From Candidatus Bathyarchaeota archaeon (lineage in GTDB: Archaea > Thermoproteota > Bathyarchaeia > Bathyarchaeales > Bathycorpusculaceae), in contig CAVYHV010000030.1 in assembly GCA_963768425.1 (NCBI GenBank), forward strand, positions 1 to 64,000: a stretch of DNA of 64,000 nucleotides. Reading direction: 5' to 3'. Below the pieces are notes generated by a model that ran no database searches, was not told the origin of the DNA, and was given only the letters and a program-made list of their open reading frames with translations. The position numbers and the translations under genes were made by a program. Shown piece by piece: positions 1 to 10,863 of this stretch (its first letter is position 1; each line of letters opens with the position of its first letter).

Positions 1-125
1 GGTATCGTATCGGGGTGTTCCCGCGTCGTTAAAACGTATTCGTGCCCCGCTTTCCTTAGTCGTTGCCCGATAGCTGACCCGTACCTAATGTGTTTGCCCG
101 TACAAGCGTCATACCAAATCTTCAT
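1..125 (-). CDS. DUF354 family GT-B fold protein, N-terminal part (runs off window)
   Basis: Manual translation MKIWYDACTGKHIRYGSAIGQRLRKAGHEYVLTTREHPDT; ATG overlaps the stop of the upstream acetyltransferase (ATGA). Confidence 0.7.
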   Translation of the reverse strand, partial: MKIWYDACTGKHIRYGSAIGQRLRKAGHEYVLTTREHPDTI

Positions 126-634
126 TTCTTCACCTTATGCCTTGTGTGAATGAAATTTTTCCGTTTAGCTTCATAATCTTCTAAACTCATCACGACATCC
201 GCAGGAACTCCGGCATAGACGGTTCGGGGAGGTACGTTCTTGGTTACGACGCTTCCGCCGCCGATCACCGCTTTTTCGCCTACCGTCACATCCGGAAGCA
301 CGGTGACTCCACCGCCGATTGCCGCGCCATCTTTGATGACTGGAGGAGACAAAAGGTCACTTTTTGGATACTTGTCATTCAAAATTGAACTGTTAGGAGC
401 GATGAACACATCATCGCCTATTACGACGCCGTTTGAGATGGTTACATGTGCCTGAATATTGCATCTTTTGCCTATGACCACGTTTTTTCCTATGTCACAG
501 AAACTTCCAATGAGGGTGCAGTCGCCGATTTTGGTGCCGTCACCTATTACAACGTAATTCCAGATCGCAACGTTTTTGCCAATTTCAACGTTGGTGCCTG
601 TAACTATGCCTACGCCTTTCTTTGGATTCAGCAT
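122..634 (-). CDS. Hexapeptide-repeat (left-handed beta-helix) sugar N-acetyltransferase, WbpD/WlbB-like
   Basis: Repeated [IV]GxxxxIG hexapeptides; NDKYP and GAAIGGG...VTKNVP..TVYAGVPA motifs. Confidence 0.85.
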   Translation of the reverse strand: MLNPKKGVGIVTGTNVEIGKNVAIWNYVVIGDGTKIGDCTLIGSFCDIGKNVVIGKRCNIQAHVTISNGVVIGDDVFIAPNSSILNDKYPKSDLLSPPVIKDGAAIGGGVTVLPDVTVGEKAVIGGGSVVTKNVPPRTVYAGVPADVVMSLEDYEAKRKNFIHTRHKVKK

Positions 635-707
635 AAACTCACCTTGCGGGCTCCAGATTTAAATAGTTTAAGCTAAACATTGATTTTCCAAAGGCGGATG
701 CAACAAT

Positions 708-1592
708 TTGACCAAAGAAACAGTTCTGATTATAGGTTTAGGCGAAATTGGGCATACTCTTTTCGTTTTGCTGAACGAACAGAAAAAAGACTTTAGCGTT
801 TACGGCTTAGATTTAGATGAAGTAAAAATGTGTCAGCTTGGTCAAAGTAGAAAAAACCTTCCAAGCCAGGTTGATACTGTACACGTTTGCTTGCCCTACG
901 GATCACAGAAAAAATTCTTGAATGCTGTTGAAGGCTACATTGAAGAATTCAAGCCCAAGCTTGTTATTGTCAACAGCACAGTTCCTCCTGGAACCACCCT
1001 AAAGATTGCGACAAAATGTAATTGCACAGTTGCTCATTCCCCATCGCGCGGGGTGCACAAAAATGCTGAGCATATGGTTTGGGAAATGAAGCGTTGGACC
1101 AAATATGTCGGCGGCGCTGATGCGACCGCTGCGGAGCTTGCCAAAGCCCATTTTGAAAAACTCGGCTTAAAAGTGAAGGTTCTCAAAAGCTGCAAAGAAA
1201 CGGAGCTCGCGAAGCTTTTCGAGACAACTTATCGTGCGTGGATGATTGCTTGTTTCCAAGAAATGCATCGGATTTCCAAAGCTTTCGGCGCCGACTTTAA
1301 CGAAACAGTCGATTTCCTTGAAGATACCCACCGTGTACGGTTCGACAGGCCCGTGATGTTTCCAGGTGTGATTGGCGGACACTGCCTAATCCCAAACACT
1401 GAACTGTTGATGGATGCCTATGACTCGGATTTTCTGCGGTTGATTTTGAAGTCGAACGAAAGGCGCAAAGAAGAAGTTAAGGATGAGAATATTAAAGCGG
1501 AAGTAGCGAAGGTTGCTGAGAGAGCTGTGGCGTTGGAGAAGGAGATTGCGGGCGAAAAGAACGAGATCACAGAACCAAACCAGTGCGGCTAA
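708..1592 (+). CDS. UDP-glucose/GDP-mannose dehydrogenase family protein (short form lacking the C-terminal domain)
   Basis: IIGLGEIG Rossmann motif, STVPPGTT, ELAKLFET, IGGHCL with catalytic Cys. Confidence 0.85.
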   Translation: MTKETVLIIGLGEIGHTLFVLLNEQKKDFSVYGLDLDEVKMCQLGQSRKNLPSQVDTVHVCLPYGSQKKFLNAVEGYIEEFKPKLVIVNSTVPPGTTLKIATKCNCTVAHSPSRGVHKNAEHMVWEMKRWTKYVGGADATAAELAKAHFEKLGLKVKVLKSCKETELAKLFETTYRAWMIACFQEMHRISKAFGADFNETVDFLEDTHRVRFDRPVMFPGVIGGHCLIPNTELLMDAYDSDFLRLILKSNERRKEEVKDENIKAEVAKVAERAVALEKEIAGEKNEITEPNQCG

Positions 1593-1715
1593 AGCCCTTT
1601 GCGGATGCTTTACTGCCTACATTTGGCGTTTGAAAATGATTTTTCATCAGCCGCTTTTTTCTGGCAGGATCGATCTTTGAATATGATAACATTAATACCA
1701 AAAGAGATACAATAA

Positions 1716-2558
1716 ATGGAAAACGTTCACGTGAACACGATGAAGCTAGACGTTGTGTTGTTAACAAAAAACAGCCTTAAACCTTGTTTGTCTGAATGCG
1801 TCGAATCGATTTACCGAAACGTACCCGTCAACAGGCTTCTTGTCGTGGACGGCGGAAGCATCGACGGCACCCTGGAGCTTCTCCAGAAATACCCTGATGT
1901 CAAAATCATTGAGGATTTGCATGGCACCAGAGCAAGCGCGCGGCAAAAGGGAATTGACGCGGTAGCAACAGATTGGCATATTCACGTTGACTCCGACGTT
2001 ATTCTATGCGAGGACTGGTTTAGAAAAGCTTGGAAAAACGTTGCAGCCGACGTTGGAGCTGTCTGGGGTGTGGCGGTTCCTAACGAGAAACATTACTACA
2101 ACGCGACCTACGCAATGTCTAGGCTGTACCGAATAAGTGTCAAAGACTTGATGGTTAGGCAGATGCGTAGCGAACGCTGCATGATGCATGACACGCTAAT
2201 CCGAACAAGCACTGTCAAAGACGTAAAGATCCCTCCTAACCTGCACATCTATGAAGACGACTACATCGGCAAGCACATAATTCAGAAAGGATACAGATTC
2301 CTAAAGGTCACAGAACCTTTCTGCCTGCACAACGTTACACCTAACGAGCGTACGCAGGGCTATGTCACGACAGGCTATCTGCTAAAAACTTATCATTACG
2401 GTCACTTCAGTCAGGTTCTCCGCTGGGTTCTGCTAGCGATTCCCAAGTCAGCATGGATATTCATCGTAACCCGAGATTTCCAAGCGTCCAAAACCAACTT
2501 TATCAGTAATGTATTAGTTTTCAAGGGTTGGCTAGGCAGCTGCGTAAAAAAACAATAA
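1716..2558 (+). CDS. Glycosyltransferase family 2
   Basis: VVDGGSIDGT, HVDSD (DxD) and ED motifs; start may be the second ATG (MKLDVV). Confidence 0.9.
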   Translation: MENVHVNTMKLDVVLLTKNSLKPCLSECVESIYRNVPVNRLLVVDGGSIDGTLELLQKYPDVKIIEDLHGTRASARQKGIDAVATDWHIHVDSDVILCEDWFRKAWKNVAADVGAVWGVAVPNEKHYYNATYAMSRLYRISVKDLMVRQMRSERCMMHDTLIRTSTVKDVKIPPNLHIYEDDYIGKHIIQKGYRFLKVTEPFCLHNVTPNERTQGYVTTGYLLKTYHYGHFSQVLRWVLLAIPKSAWIFIVTRDFQASKTNFISNVLVFKGWLGSCVKKQ

Positions 2559-2655
2559 TCCGCGTTGCAACTTCCCAGTTCTTTCAACTATTTCCAGAAA
2601 ACTAAATTAAGTCTTTAATGCTTTAGTGAACAAACTCAAAGTGTAAAGGTCGCCG

Positions 2656-3471
2656 GTGTTGACGGAGAAAGTTGACGTTGTCTTTCTTACAAAGAACAGT
2701 GTGAAGCCTTGCCTAAAGGAATGCTTAGACTCCTTATACGCAAACGTTCCAGTCGGGCGCCTTTTGGTAATTGACGGCGGAAGCACTGATGGAACCTTGG
2801 GTGTCGTTAAGAGTTACGCGAATTGCGAAATAATTGATGATTCAGGTGGCAACAGGGCAGCCGCAAGGCAGAAAGGCATCGAAGCCGCGGCGACAACTTG
2901 GCACTTGCACGTTGATTCTGACGTTGTTCTATGCAAAGACTGGTTCAATCAGGCTCAAAAGCACCTTAACCCGAAGGTTGGCGGCTTGTGGGGTGTAACC
3001 ATTCCTGGCGATAAACACATTTACAACCAGAACAAAGCGATGGCGATGCTCTACCGTAAAGACACGATTGACTGGATCATGGCGCAAAAAAACCTCAAAC
3101 GTTATCTGACCCATGACACGCTACTGCGAACCGAAGCCGTTAAAGACATCAAAATACCCACCGACCTACACCAGTGGGAAGATCACTTTATAGGGCAACA
3201 TGTTATTGCCAAAGGTTACGAGTGGATGAAAACCCGAGACCCCTGTTGTCTCCACTACTTCCACGAAGGCATGACTTGGAAAGAGTTCGTGCAAAACGGC
3301 AAGCTTGCGCGTAAAGTTAAATCGTACACAAACCGCCAAATCCTGCTCAGGGTAGGGTTAGCCGTTCCCAAGTCGCTTTGGATTATCATGGCAACAGGCG
3401 ACTTTACCGCAGGCAAACAGCAACTCGAAAACTACATCGGCCTGGCAAAAGGCTGGTACGAAGCTAGATAA
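2656..3471 (+). CDS. Glycosyltransferase family 2, tandem paralog of the preceding gene
   Basis: VIDGGSTDGT, HVDSD; strongly similar to 1716..2558 along its length. Confidence 0.9.
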   Translation: MLTEKVDVVFLTKNSVKPCLKECLDSLYANVPVGRLLVIDGGSTDGTLGVVKSYANCEIIDDSGGNRAAARQKGIEAAATTWHLHVDSDVVLCKDWFNQAQKHLNPKVGGLWGVTIPGDKHIYNQNKAMAMLYRKDTIDWIMAQKNLKRYLTHDTLLRTEAVKDIKIPTDLHQWEDHFIGQHVIAKGYEWMKTRDPCCLHYFHEGMTWKEFVQNGKLARKVKSYTNRQILLRVGLAVPKSLWIIMATGDFTAGKQQLENYIGLAKGWYEAR

Positions 3472-3503
3472 CTTGTTTGCGAGGGTTTAAAACAAGAGAT
3501 CAG

Positions 3504-5078
3504 TCAAGTGCTCATCGACTTTCCATTCTTTTCTGCTCCGTTTTCATTTTCGAAAGCGTTTTCATCTTGTTTTTTAGAAGTTAACTGACTCATCGTTTCT
3601 CTGAATTCCTTCGATATCAACCGGACAAGATGTCTCGCTTGTTTATCTATTGCCACTAACAGAGCCACGTAGATGCCAAGACCGATGATTGCTTTGACAA
3701 TAGTCGCGAGCAGCGTCATTGTAGTTGGAGCCAAAAACAGAATTATCGCCATCACTCCGGCAGCTAAAACGTATTTTGCTATGCTTTTCCAAGCGATAGG
3801 TACGCAGATTGCACGTCGCATTAGCCAGTAGAGGACAGCGAATGTCGAGATTTGGACTCCTACAAGTATAATTATAACGTAAAACGCCGCTTGAACTGAA
3901 CCAGCTATAGGCAACATGGTTAAAACAAAGTATGCCAAGGGAATCGATATAGCTGCCTGAATGTACTGCAAAGTGAACATCTTGAAGATTTTGCTTCTCA
4001 CAAGGTGATGCATTGATATTTTTCCTTCAGCATCGAAGGCTTCGATACCAGCTAAACAGTAATAATAGAATTGATAAATTGTATTGATGAAGGTGTTGAT
4101 TGACATTGCAATCAGGACGGGCCAAGCAACACCATAGGCTGCTTTTAGAATAGTCAAAAACGAAATTGACATGACGAACGTTATTGCTGTTAATGGGATG
4201 GCCATCATCATCACTGTCCTGAATGAATCTCCGACTTGTTCTTTCGAACAACCTCTAGCTAACAGCTTAGGGTAAAGCGCCGTTGACAAGGAAATAGAGT
4301 AACCAATTACTACTGTGAAACTGGACGCGGCTTGGAAATAGGCTCTTGCGTTAGGTCCGCCGTAGAAGAAAAGCAAGATGTAAGTAAAGGATGATAGTTG
4401 GCCTCCGATAGCGTTGTAGGCAAGCGCTATTGACCCTTTCAGCCATTCTTTTAGGTATCCCCAGTTCACTTTCTGCTTCAACTCGTCTCGCAAGAGCGAA
4501 ACATAGTAGCCTATTTGAACAACGCACGAAAGAACTAAAGCTAAAACTGCGCCGAGAAATAACTGCTTAAAGCCGACTATCAAAACAAAGGCAACACTTA
4601 CTTTCACAATCTCCTCTATCAAGAAGCCGTACCCGAGCGCTTGAGGCCTAACCGATTGCAGAATGCTCTCAAAGTTGGTTATCATGTAAAACGTCAAAAT
4701 GTAAAGACCCGCGATCAAGAAGATCGGCAAGTAAGCTTCAGATACGATTCTTTTGGCTATGGCTAAAGTATAAATCAGGAAAATAACGGGAAAGTAAATT
4801 GCCATTGAAATAAGCGAAATCACAAGTTGCGCTACCGTGCTGGTTTTAGCTGCTCCCTCTTTGCTCCTCGCGACAAATCTAGTTGCCCAAAACGGTAACA
4901 AACCGCTAAAGATTGCAAAGTAAGCAGTGTAATCAAAAATGTTGCTCCAGACACCATATTGGTGCACATTCATGCTTCGTGTCAACAAAAGCGTAAAAAT
5001 GAGCCCGGTAGCTACACCTATAAGTTGTGAGGAAAATATTATCAATCCACTGTATTGTAGCCTTAAATTCCTGCTCAA
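3504..5078 (-). CDS. Polysaccharide flippase / MOP-superfamily exporter
   Basis: 524 aa, many hydrophobic helices, LLTRSM..QYGVW N-terminus typical of Wzx-like flippases; glycan-cluster context. Confidence 0.8.
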   Translation of the reverse strand: MSRNLRLQYSGLIIFSSQLIGVATGLIFTLLLTRSMNVHQYGVWSNIFDYTAYFAIFSGLLPFWATRFVARSKEGAAKTSTVAQLVISLISMAIYFPVIFLIYTLAIAKRIVSEAYLPIFLIAGLYILTFYMITNFESILQSVRPQALGYGFLIEEIVKVSVAFVLIVGFKQLFLGAVLALVLSCVVQIGYYVSLLRDELKQKVNWGYLKEWLKGSIALAYNAIGGQLSSFTYILLFFYGGPNARAYFQAASSFTVVIGYSISLSTALYPKLLARGCSKEQVGDSFRTVMMMAIPLTAITFVMSISFLTILKAAYGVAWPVLIAMSINTFINTIYQFYYYCLAGIEAFDAEGKISMHHLVRSKIFKMFTLQYIQAAISIPLAYFVLTMLPIAGSVQAAFYVIIILVGVQISTFAVLYWLMRRAICVPIAWKSIAKYVLAAGVMAIILFLAPTTMTLLATIVKAIIGLGIYVALLVAIDKQARHLVRLISKEFRETMSQLTSKKQDENAFENENGAEKNGKSMST

Positions 5079-5414
5079 GGAAGCTTTCCTACTTTGTCGA
5101 ATTTAGACTCGTATTGATATTATTAAAAGTTTAAGCTACGTGATTGTCCGTATAACGCGCAAAAGACGAAGCAAAGATTGAGAAATGAAATTGAAGGTAG
5201 ACAAGGATTTTTTCATTTCCATCTTCAATAGCCCCGGCATGTTTTGGCAACAAAGGAGATGGACAGTTAAATAATGAAAAATTGATGAGATGAACAAAAA
5301 GAATTTATTCGTTGCCTATCTTTTAATGTAAGACTTGCATTGATTACCTCGTTCTCTTTACAAGGGCAAAGAAGCAAGTTTACACCTTCGGAAAGGGTAA
5401 AAAGGATCTGAATT

Positions 5415-6223
5415 GTGCGGTTGAGAGAAATGAAATTTAGATTAATGCGCAAACCTGAGTCTTTGCTATCTGAAAGGAGGAAGGAAGCAACCACTGAAAA
5501 GGTACCGATATTCATCATCAGTTGTAATAGACTACGTTGCTTGCAAGCAGCAATTGGCTCCTACAGAAAATGTATAGGGTCTCCTTATGAACTGGTAATT
5601 CACGATAACAATTCGACTTACAGGCCCTGCTGGACTATCTCAAGCGGCTGGAAAAGGAAGGTGTATCGGTTTATTATTCAGCCGTGAGTGTTTCGGTTGA
5701 AAAACAACTGGACACTGTGTCAGATACTATTGATGATTGGTTTACTAAACACTCAGCTTCACATTATGTTGTAACTGATCCAGACATTGCTTTGGAAGGA
5801 AACTGTGAGGATATCTTAGAGCTTTACGCCTACCTGTTGGATACCGTAAGGAGCATTGAAGTTGTCGGTCCGATGCTTCGTATTGATGATATCCCTGATT
5901 TTTATCAGTTGAAGCAGGAAGTTATCGAGAGGCATACCGAACAATTTTGGCATAAGAAACCCTTAACTTTGCAGTGGCGAAACAAGATTATTCAATACCA
6001 ATTAGCTCGAGTTGATACGACATTTGGAATGTATCGACGCCATTTCAAATTTCATCGTCTAACCAAGGGTTACCGTACTTATGCGCCTTACTGGGCGAGG
6101 CACTTAGATTGGTATATAAATCCCAACTCTATGGAGGAAGATCAGCTTTACTATTTGAAGAATGCCTCAGGTGTTAGCCACTGGAGCGGAACTTGGCTAC
6201 GTGAAAAACTTGAGAAGCGCTGA
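5415..6223 (+). CDS. Glycosyltransferase family 2, frameshifted near 5625 (C run)
   Basis: ORF1 IFIISCNRL..IHDNNSTY; adding one C gives RPLLDYLKRLEKEG, joining ORF2 with YVVTDPDI (DxD). Confidence 0.75.
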
Positions 6224-6303
6224 TTTGGTGTCCTTCTTTATAAAACCAGTTGTTGAAAAAAATAATTCAGAAGAACCGAAGATTTTTCCGTCCGACTTTA
6301 GCC

Positions 6304-8043
6304 TCAACTGAAGTTTATATCCACTTTAGAGGTCGCGGCGGTTACAGTCACTTGGGCGTTTGCGGCTGAGTAGTTCCACCCGTCGCCGCTGGTGGCTGCC
6401 ACGCCGTCGATATCAACAGATGTTGGAGCAGTATTGGCTGAGAAGGTTTGTGTTCCGTTTCCGCTAACCGTGTAGCTTATCAAAGCCGAATTAACGTTCA
6501 CCACTGTGATGTTGGTGCCAAGGGCAGATGCTGTAAAGCTTGAAGTGGCATTATTCAGCGTTAGGCCCGTGAATGTGAGCTGATCACCGTACTGACTATA
6601 AGTTTGCAGGGTTGCAGGAGCTGCAAAGCTGATGCTGTAACCGCTTGAGCCCACAAAATCGGTGCCAGCTGGAATAGTAATGTTTGATGTTATGTTGGGG
6701 TTGTACTGAATAAGGTGCGTTGAGAAGTTGAACTGGTTGGCTGCATCGAGAAGATACTGCGGAGTTCCGTAGGTCTGATAAGTTGATGCGAACACATTTG
6801 GATTGGTTGGATTGGTCATATCAAAAGTGTAGATCCGAACTGTTGCTGCGCCCGTATTGTTGTCGATTTCTTGCCTGTTGAAGAAAATCTCTTCCTTGTT
6901 ATCAATTTCGGTGTGATATGCTGGGCCATAATCGATGTCGTGCCCATTCACAGTCATGAACACATTAGGGTCCTTGTTCAATATTTGTTGGAAGTTTACC
7001 GCCCAGGTCACATCGGCTTGGGTCAAGGTGCCATAAGTGCCGTTTCCATTAAGAAAGTTATGTGTTGCCACGATGACGTTAACGTTGGGGTTAGTGTTGA
7101 TAAGTGTCTGCATCCACTCTAAGACTGTGTCATTGGCGTTGTATTCAACGTTAACTACCATAAATTTATAGTTTCCATAACTGAACTCGACAGCTGTGCT
7201 CGTTCCGTCAAAAATGTCTGAGACCCAATAAGGTTCTTGCCGCATGATCGTAACATTGAAAGCAAGATAGTTCCCGCCCAACCAGCCGGAATCAGGGTTC
7301 CCGTCGCCTATCATCACACCGCCCGGCAGCAACTGGTCGTGGTTTCCGCAATTCCAACAATAAGGAATGCTGTCGTTGTACAAAACCATCATTGCGTTGT
7401 TTGCATTTGCCCATTGATAAGGTTGATTCGCGAAGTTAACGATATCACCCGTGTGGACTACCATCATTAGATTCAGGTTTTTGCTTTGGTTCGCAATCCA
7501 GTTTGTGAGTCCATAGAAGAGACTCGGGGTACTTTGGGGCAAATATTGAGTGTCGGTGATCTGAACTATGCTAAATCCGTTGAAGGGGATGCTTTGGTCT
7601 AACGAAGTGACCTGGGTTTGCAAGTTAGACACTTGTGAGCTCAAACTTGCAATTTGCGTCTGATCCGCCGACAACTCCTTTTGAAGATCGCCCACGGAGG
7701 CTTGAGCAGACTGCGAACTTTGCTGGTACGCTGTGTCCTGAGCCACTAATTGAGCATGAGTTTCACTTTGCAGGGTTTCTTCGGTCGTTAGATTATTTTG
7801 CAGTTCTGTGTTTGATGCGTTGTCGGCTGAGATCTGACTTCTGAGGTTCGCTATTGTGGCATTCATGGAAGAAACCTCAGAGTTTTGTTTATCAAGCGCT
7901 GACGTTTTTGACGCCAATTGATTTTGGATGCTCACCTTCTGATTTTCTATCACACCAAACCCGAACGCCAAGAGAACAATACATAAAACAGCAATCGCCA
8001 AAACAATTCTAAAGGAGATCTTCTTCCTGCTTCCCCAAGTCAT
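6304..8043 (-). CDS. Membrane-anchored calcineurin-like metallophosphoesterase with coiled-coil stalk and C-terminal beta-rich domain
   Basis: N-terminal TM helix, Q/S-rich heptads, motifs DTQ, HTGD, GNHD, ATH, NGH. Confidence 0.85.
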   Translation of the reverse strand: MTWGSRKKISFRIVLAIAVLCIVLLAFGFGVIENQKVSIQNQLASKTSALDKQNSEVSSMNATIANLRSQISADNASNTELQNNLTTEETLQSETHAQLVAQDTAYQQSSQSAQASVGDLQKELSADQTQIASLSSQVSNLQTQVTSLDQSIPFNGFSIVQITDTQYLPQSTPSLFYGLTNWIANQSKNLNLMMVVHTGDIVNFANQPYQWANANNAMMVLYNDSIPYCWNCGNHDQLLPGGVMIGDGNPDSGWLGGNYLAFNVTIMRQEPYWVSDIFDGTSTAVEFSYGNYKFMVVNVEYNANDTVLEWMQTLINTNPNVNVIVATHNFLNGNGTYGTLTQADVTWAVNFQQILNKDPNVFMTVNGHDIDYGPAYHTEIDNKEEIFFNRQEIDNNTGAATVRIYTFDMTNPTNPNVFASTYQTYGTPQYLLDAANQFNFSTHLIQYNPNITSNITIPAGTDFVGSSGYSISFAAPATLQTYSQYGDQLTFTGLTLNNATSSFTASALGTNITVVNVNSALISYTVSGNGTQTFSANTAPTSVDIDGVAATSGDGWNYSAANAQVTVTAATSKVDINFS

Positions 8044-8150
8044 TCCTCAAACCCGCAGTTATTGAACTTTAGTATTCCTTTTATATTTTTTCGATAAAAA
8101 CGATTCAAAAAAATCTCATCGTTATCTGCAATTTCATAGTAACTATTCTT

Positions 8151-8185
8151 GAAAAGAAGTTGGCAGCTCTCATAGAGCTACCAAC
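8151..8185 (-). terminator. Hairpin plus U-tract terminator-like element downstream of the FkbM gene
   Basis: Minus strand GTTGGTAGCTCT-ATG-AGAGCTGCCAAC (12 bp, one G-U) followed by TTCTTTTC. Confidence 0.5.
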
Positions 8186-8366
8186 AACATTCCACCAATG
8201 TGCATTTTATGTTGAAGACTCATTTAGAACCATGGATAAAACAACATTAGCTGACTGAATTATTTTGATTGACCTATTTTTTGTGATGAACATAATGACG
8301 TTTTTAGTTGTGTTTTTGGTCAGCGACTATCAACTTGGCCAAAACTGCGAAAGGTGCCACAGAAGT

Positions 8367-9395
8367 CTATCTTTGCATTATCAAGTGTATTTGTCCTTTT
8401 TCAGGAATCATGTCGCTTAGTTCTTTTGCTGATGGGTTTACTTGAACTTGAGGGCAATACTGCGAAAGCGCGTTCAGCGTTGTCACAACCTCATATGCAG
8501 TTTTTAGCCCCAGATGGTGAATGATTGGGTAATATGCATAGATCATTTCATTAATGGCAATCGACACCTTGAAGTTTTGTTCGCCGAGTTTTTTCAGAAA
8601 AGCGATGGCTCCTTCTTTGTTCGGAGTGCCGGGCGGGATGATGTGAAGTTCCATGCATATGGTCTCGATTTTGTCTGGAAGACGTTTTTCCAATATTCGG
8701 TATTCGTAACCTTCAATGTCCATTCTGATCATCGAGATAGGATACTTCTCGGCAACTTTATCAAGAGAGATTGCTTTAGCACGTATCTCTTCAGAAACTT
8801 TGTGACCGTGGGTGGTTAAGATCGCTTTTGAAAACGAAGTGACGTTTCGTTGATCGGTGGAAAAAAGATTCAGAAAATCAGCTCCGTCTGAGATCGCGGC
8901 GTTCATAAGTTCAAACTGGTCTTGGCCTTCAAGCGTTTTGGAAAGGAAGCCAAACGTGGAGGGAACTGGTTCCAGAACTATCACCTTCTTGGCGCCTGCT
9001 TCACGTTCCAACAGGGCGAAATATCCGAGGTTGCCGCCTATGTCAAGAACTGCTGGTTTAGTTCTCTTCACAGACTTAAAAATTGCGCGAGAATTTAAGG
9101 GCTCACGGAAGCCGTAGACATTGAATTCCCTGGAAAAACCTGTGTCTGAGGGATTCAGTAATAGTCTTGCGGAACCTTTGATGTCTAAAGCTTTGAAGTT
9201 AATTTCACGCCAGACAGGCTTAACGAAATGGATCTTGTCTCTTTGAAGGTTAAAATAGTCTCTGAGCAGCTTGTAAGCATAGTTCTGCGCGTAGTAGTTT
9301 AGACCTTGTTTTTGGATTGTCTGAGTTGCTCGTCGCGCTCTTTGTAGGAAGCTTCGCGATGGTTCGGGAAAAGTGCTTGGCTCCAAAAAAATCAC
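8367..9395 (-). CDS. FkbM family SAM-dependent methyltransferase
   Basis: LDIGGNLGYF, LEPVP, RMDIEGYE motifs. Confidence 0.9.
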   Translation of the reverse strand: MIFLEPSTFPEPSRSFLQRARRATQTIQKQGLNYYAQNYAYKLLRDYFNLQRDKIHFVKPVWREINFKALDIKGSARLLLNPSDTGFSREFNVYGFREPLNSRAIFKSVKRTKPAVLDIGGNLGYFALLEREAGAKKVIVLEPVPSTFGFLSKTLEGQDQFELMNAAISDGADFLNLFSTDQRNVTSFSKAILTTHGHKVSEEIRAKAISLDKVAEKYPISMIRMDIEGYEYRILEKRLPDKIETICMELHIIPPGTPNKEGAIAFLKKLGEQNFKVSIAINEMIYAYYPIIHHLGLKTAYEVVTTLNALSQYCPQVQVNPSAKELSDMIPEKGQIHLIMQR

Positions 9396-9695
9396 CCTTC
9401 AACGAAACAAAGATCTGATGAAAGCGCATTTTCGGACTGTGAACCGTTAGACTTAGAAGTCCATGCCTTTTCAAATGATTTATCTGTCATATGATTGGAA
9501 TCACATCGTGTGTGGCGAGCTGATTTTTCTGAAATGATGCGGAAGTGAATTTGGCGCTTGCAAGTATGCCTTCACCAACAGCGTCCGTTCGCACCATGCA
9601 AAATCCTCTGACTCTATATAATAACATTTCTCTTTGCATAGGAGGCTCTCAAAACTTGATATTATACGAAAAGTGCAGACTGGTTAATTCCTTGC

Positions 9696-10682
9696 CTATT
9701 CAGCTGACAGGAGTCTTGCAGTTCTGTCTCTGCGTTTAGCGATGATTTCATGCAGGCTCAAAAGGTTACTTGACCAAGCAGAGAAGTTTACCCGTAGCCT
9801 AGCAAACATTTCTTTGCCAGATCTAAGATTAAACGGCAATGAAGCTCTCTTGTTCTTGCTTCCAGTTATAAAGCAGCCAATGAAAATCCTGACTTCTATA
9901 GGCACGCGCTTCAGAAGCCATGAGTTAGGAAAATTCAGAAGCATAAACCTGATAAGGTTTCTTCTGACGACAAATTCAACGTACGTCGAATTAACTTTGC
10001 CCACTGATCTTCTCCAGAAATGCACGACACTGACTCCGAGAACCATTCGGGTTCTGTAGCCGGCTTTCTTGGCGCGGATGCAAAAGTCAGATTCTTCATG
10101 AACAAAAGGTGAAAACCCAACATCTAAAAGCCCGATTTTGTCAAGAACTGCCTTCTTAATCAGAAAACAGGCGCCGAGAACTGCGTCAACGTCAAACGTC
10201 TGGGGAAGGGTATCTTCGTTCAGCGGGTTAAGCCAAGTAAGTCCTTTAACGGTTACCTTCGTGCCGATGTACTGTGTTTTTCCGTCTGGATAAATCAATT
10301 TGCAACTGACTATCCCCACATCCCTATCAGGTTCCGCCACACGAACCATTCGGGTCAGCCAATCGGGCTGCACTATTTCGATGTCGTTATTCAACAACAA
10401 TATGTAGTCAGGTTTGAATTTCTTCAGGGAATACAAAATGCCTTTGTTGTTGCCGACAGAGAAGCCATAGTTTTTGTTCAATGCCAGTACATTCACCCAT
10501 GGAAAAATCTGCTTCACCAACTCTGCCGAACCGTCCAAGCTGCCATTGTCAACGACGACAACATTGTAGGCTGAGTAATTGGTCTTCTTTTTCAAAGAGC
10601 TTAAACAGGTGTCTAAAAGTTTCTTCTGGTTCCAATTGACAATTATTATTGCCACTGACTTTTGGTTTTCCAGAGGTTTCAC
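9696..10682 (-). CDS. Glycosyltransferase family 2 (rhamnosyltransferase-like)
   Basis: IIIVNWN, VVDNGSLDGS, NYGFSVGNN, LLNND, EESDFC. Confidence 0.9.
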   Translation of the reverse strand: MKPLENQKSVAIIIVNWNQKKLLDTCLSSLKKKTNYSAYNVVVVDNGSLDGSAELVKQIFPWVNVLALNKNYGFSVGNNKGILYSLKKFKPDYILLLNNDIEIVQPDWLTRMVRVAEPDRDVGIVSCKLIYPDGKTQYIGTKVTVKGLTWLNPLNEDTLPQTFDVDAVLGACFLIKKAVLDKIGLLDVGFSPFVHEESDFCIRAKKAGYRTRMVLGVSVVHFWRRSVGKVNSTYVEFVVRRNLIRFMLLNFPNSWLLKRVPIEVRIFIGCFITGSKNKRASLPFNLRSGKEMFARLRVNFSAWSSNLLSLHEIIAKRRDRTARLLSAE

Positions 10683-10863
10683 CTGTTGCGAGATGCGGTT
10701 GAACCTAATACTATGCTCAGAGCGAAATATGTAAACCTTGCATATTTAGTTTCAGAAATTTCAGACGGCTTTTGCGGTTCTCAGATTTTTTTGGGGTAAA
10801 CCTTCATAAAGCGCAACAAAGATACCGCATATCAAAAAAGGTAAAACTCAAGGCTGATCTAAC

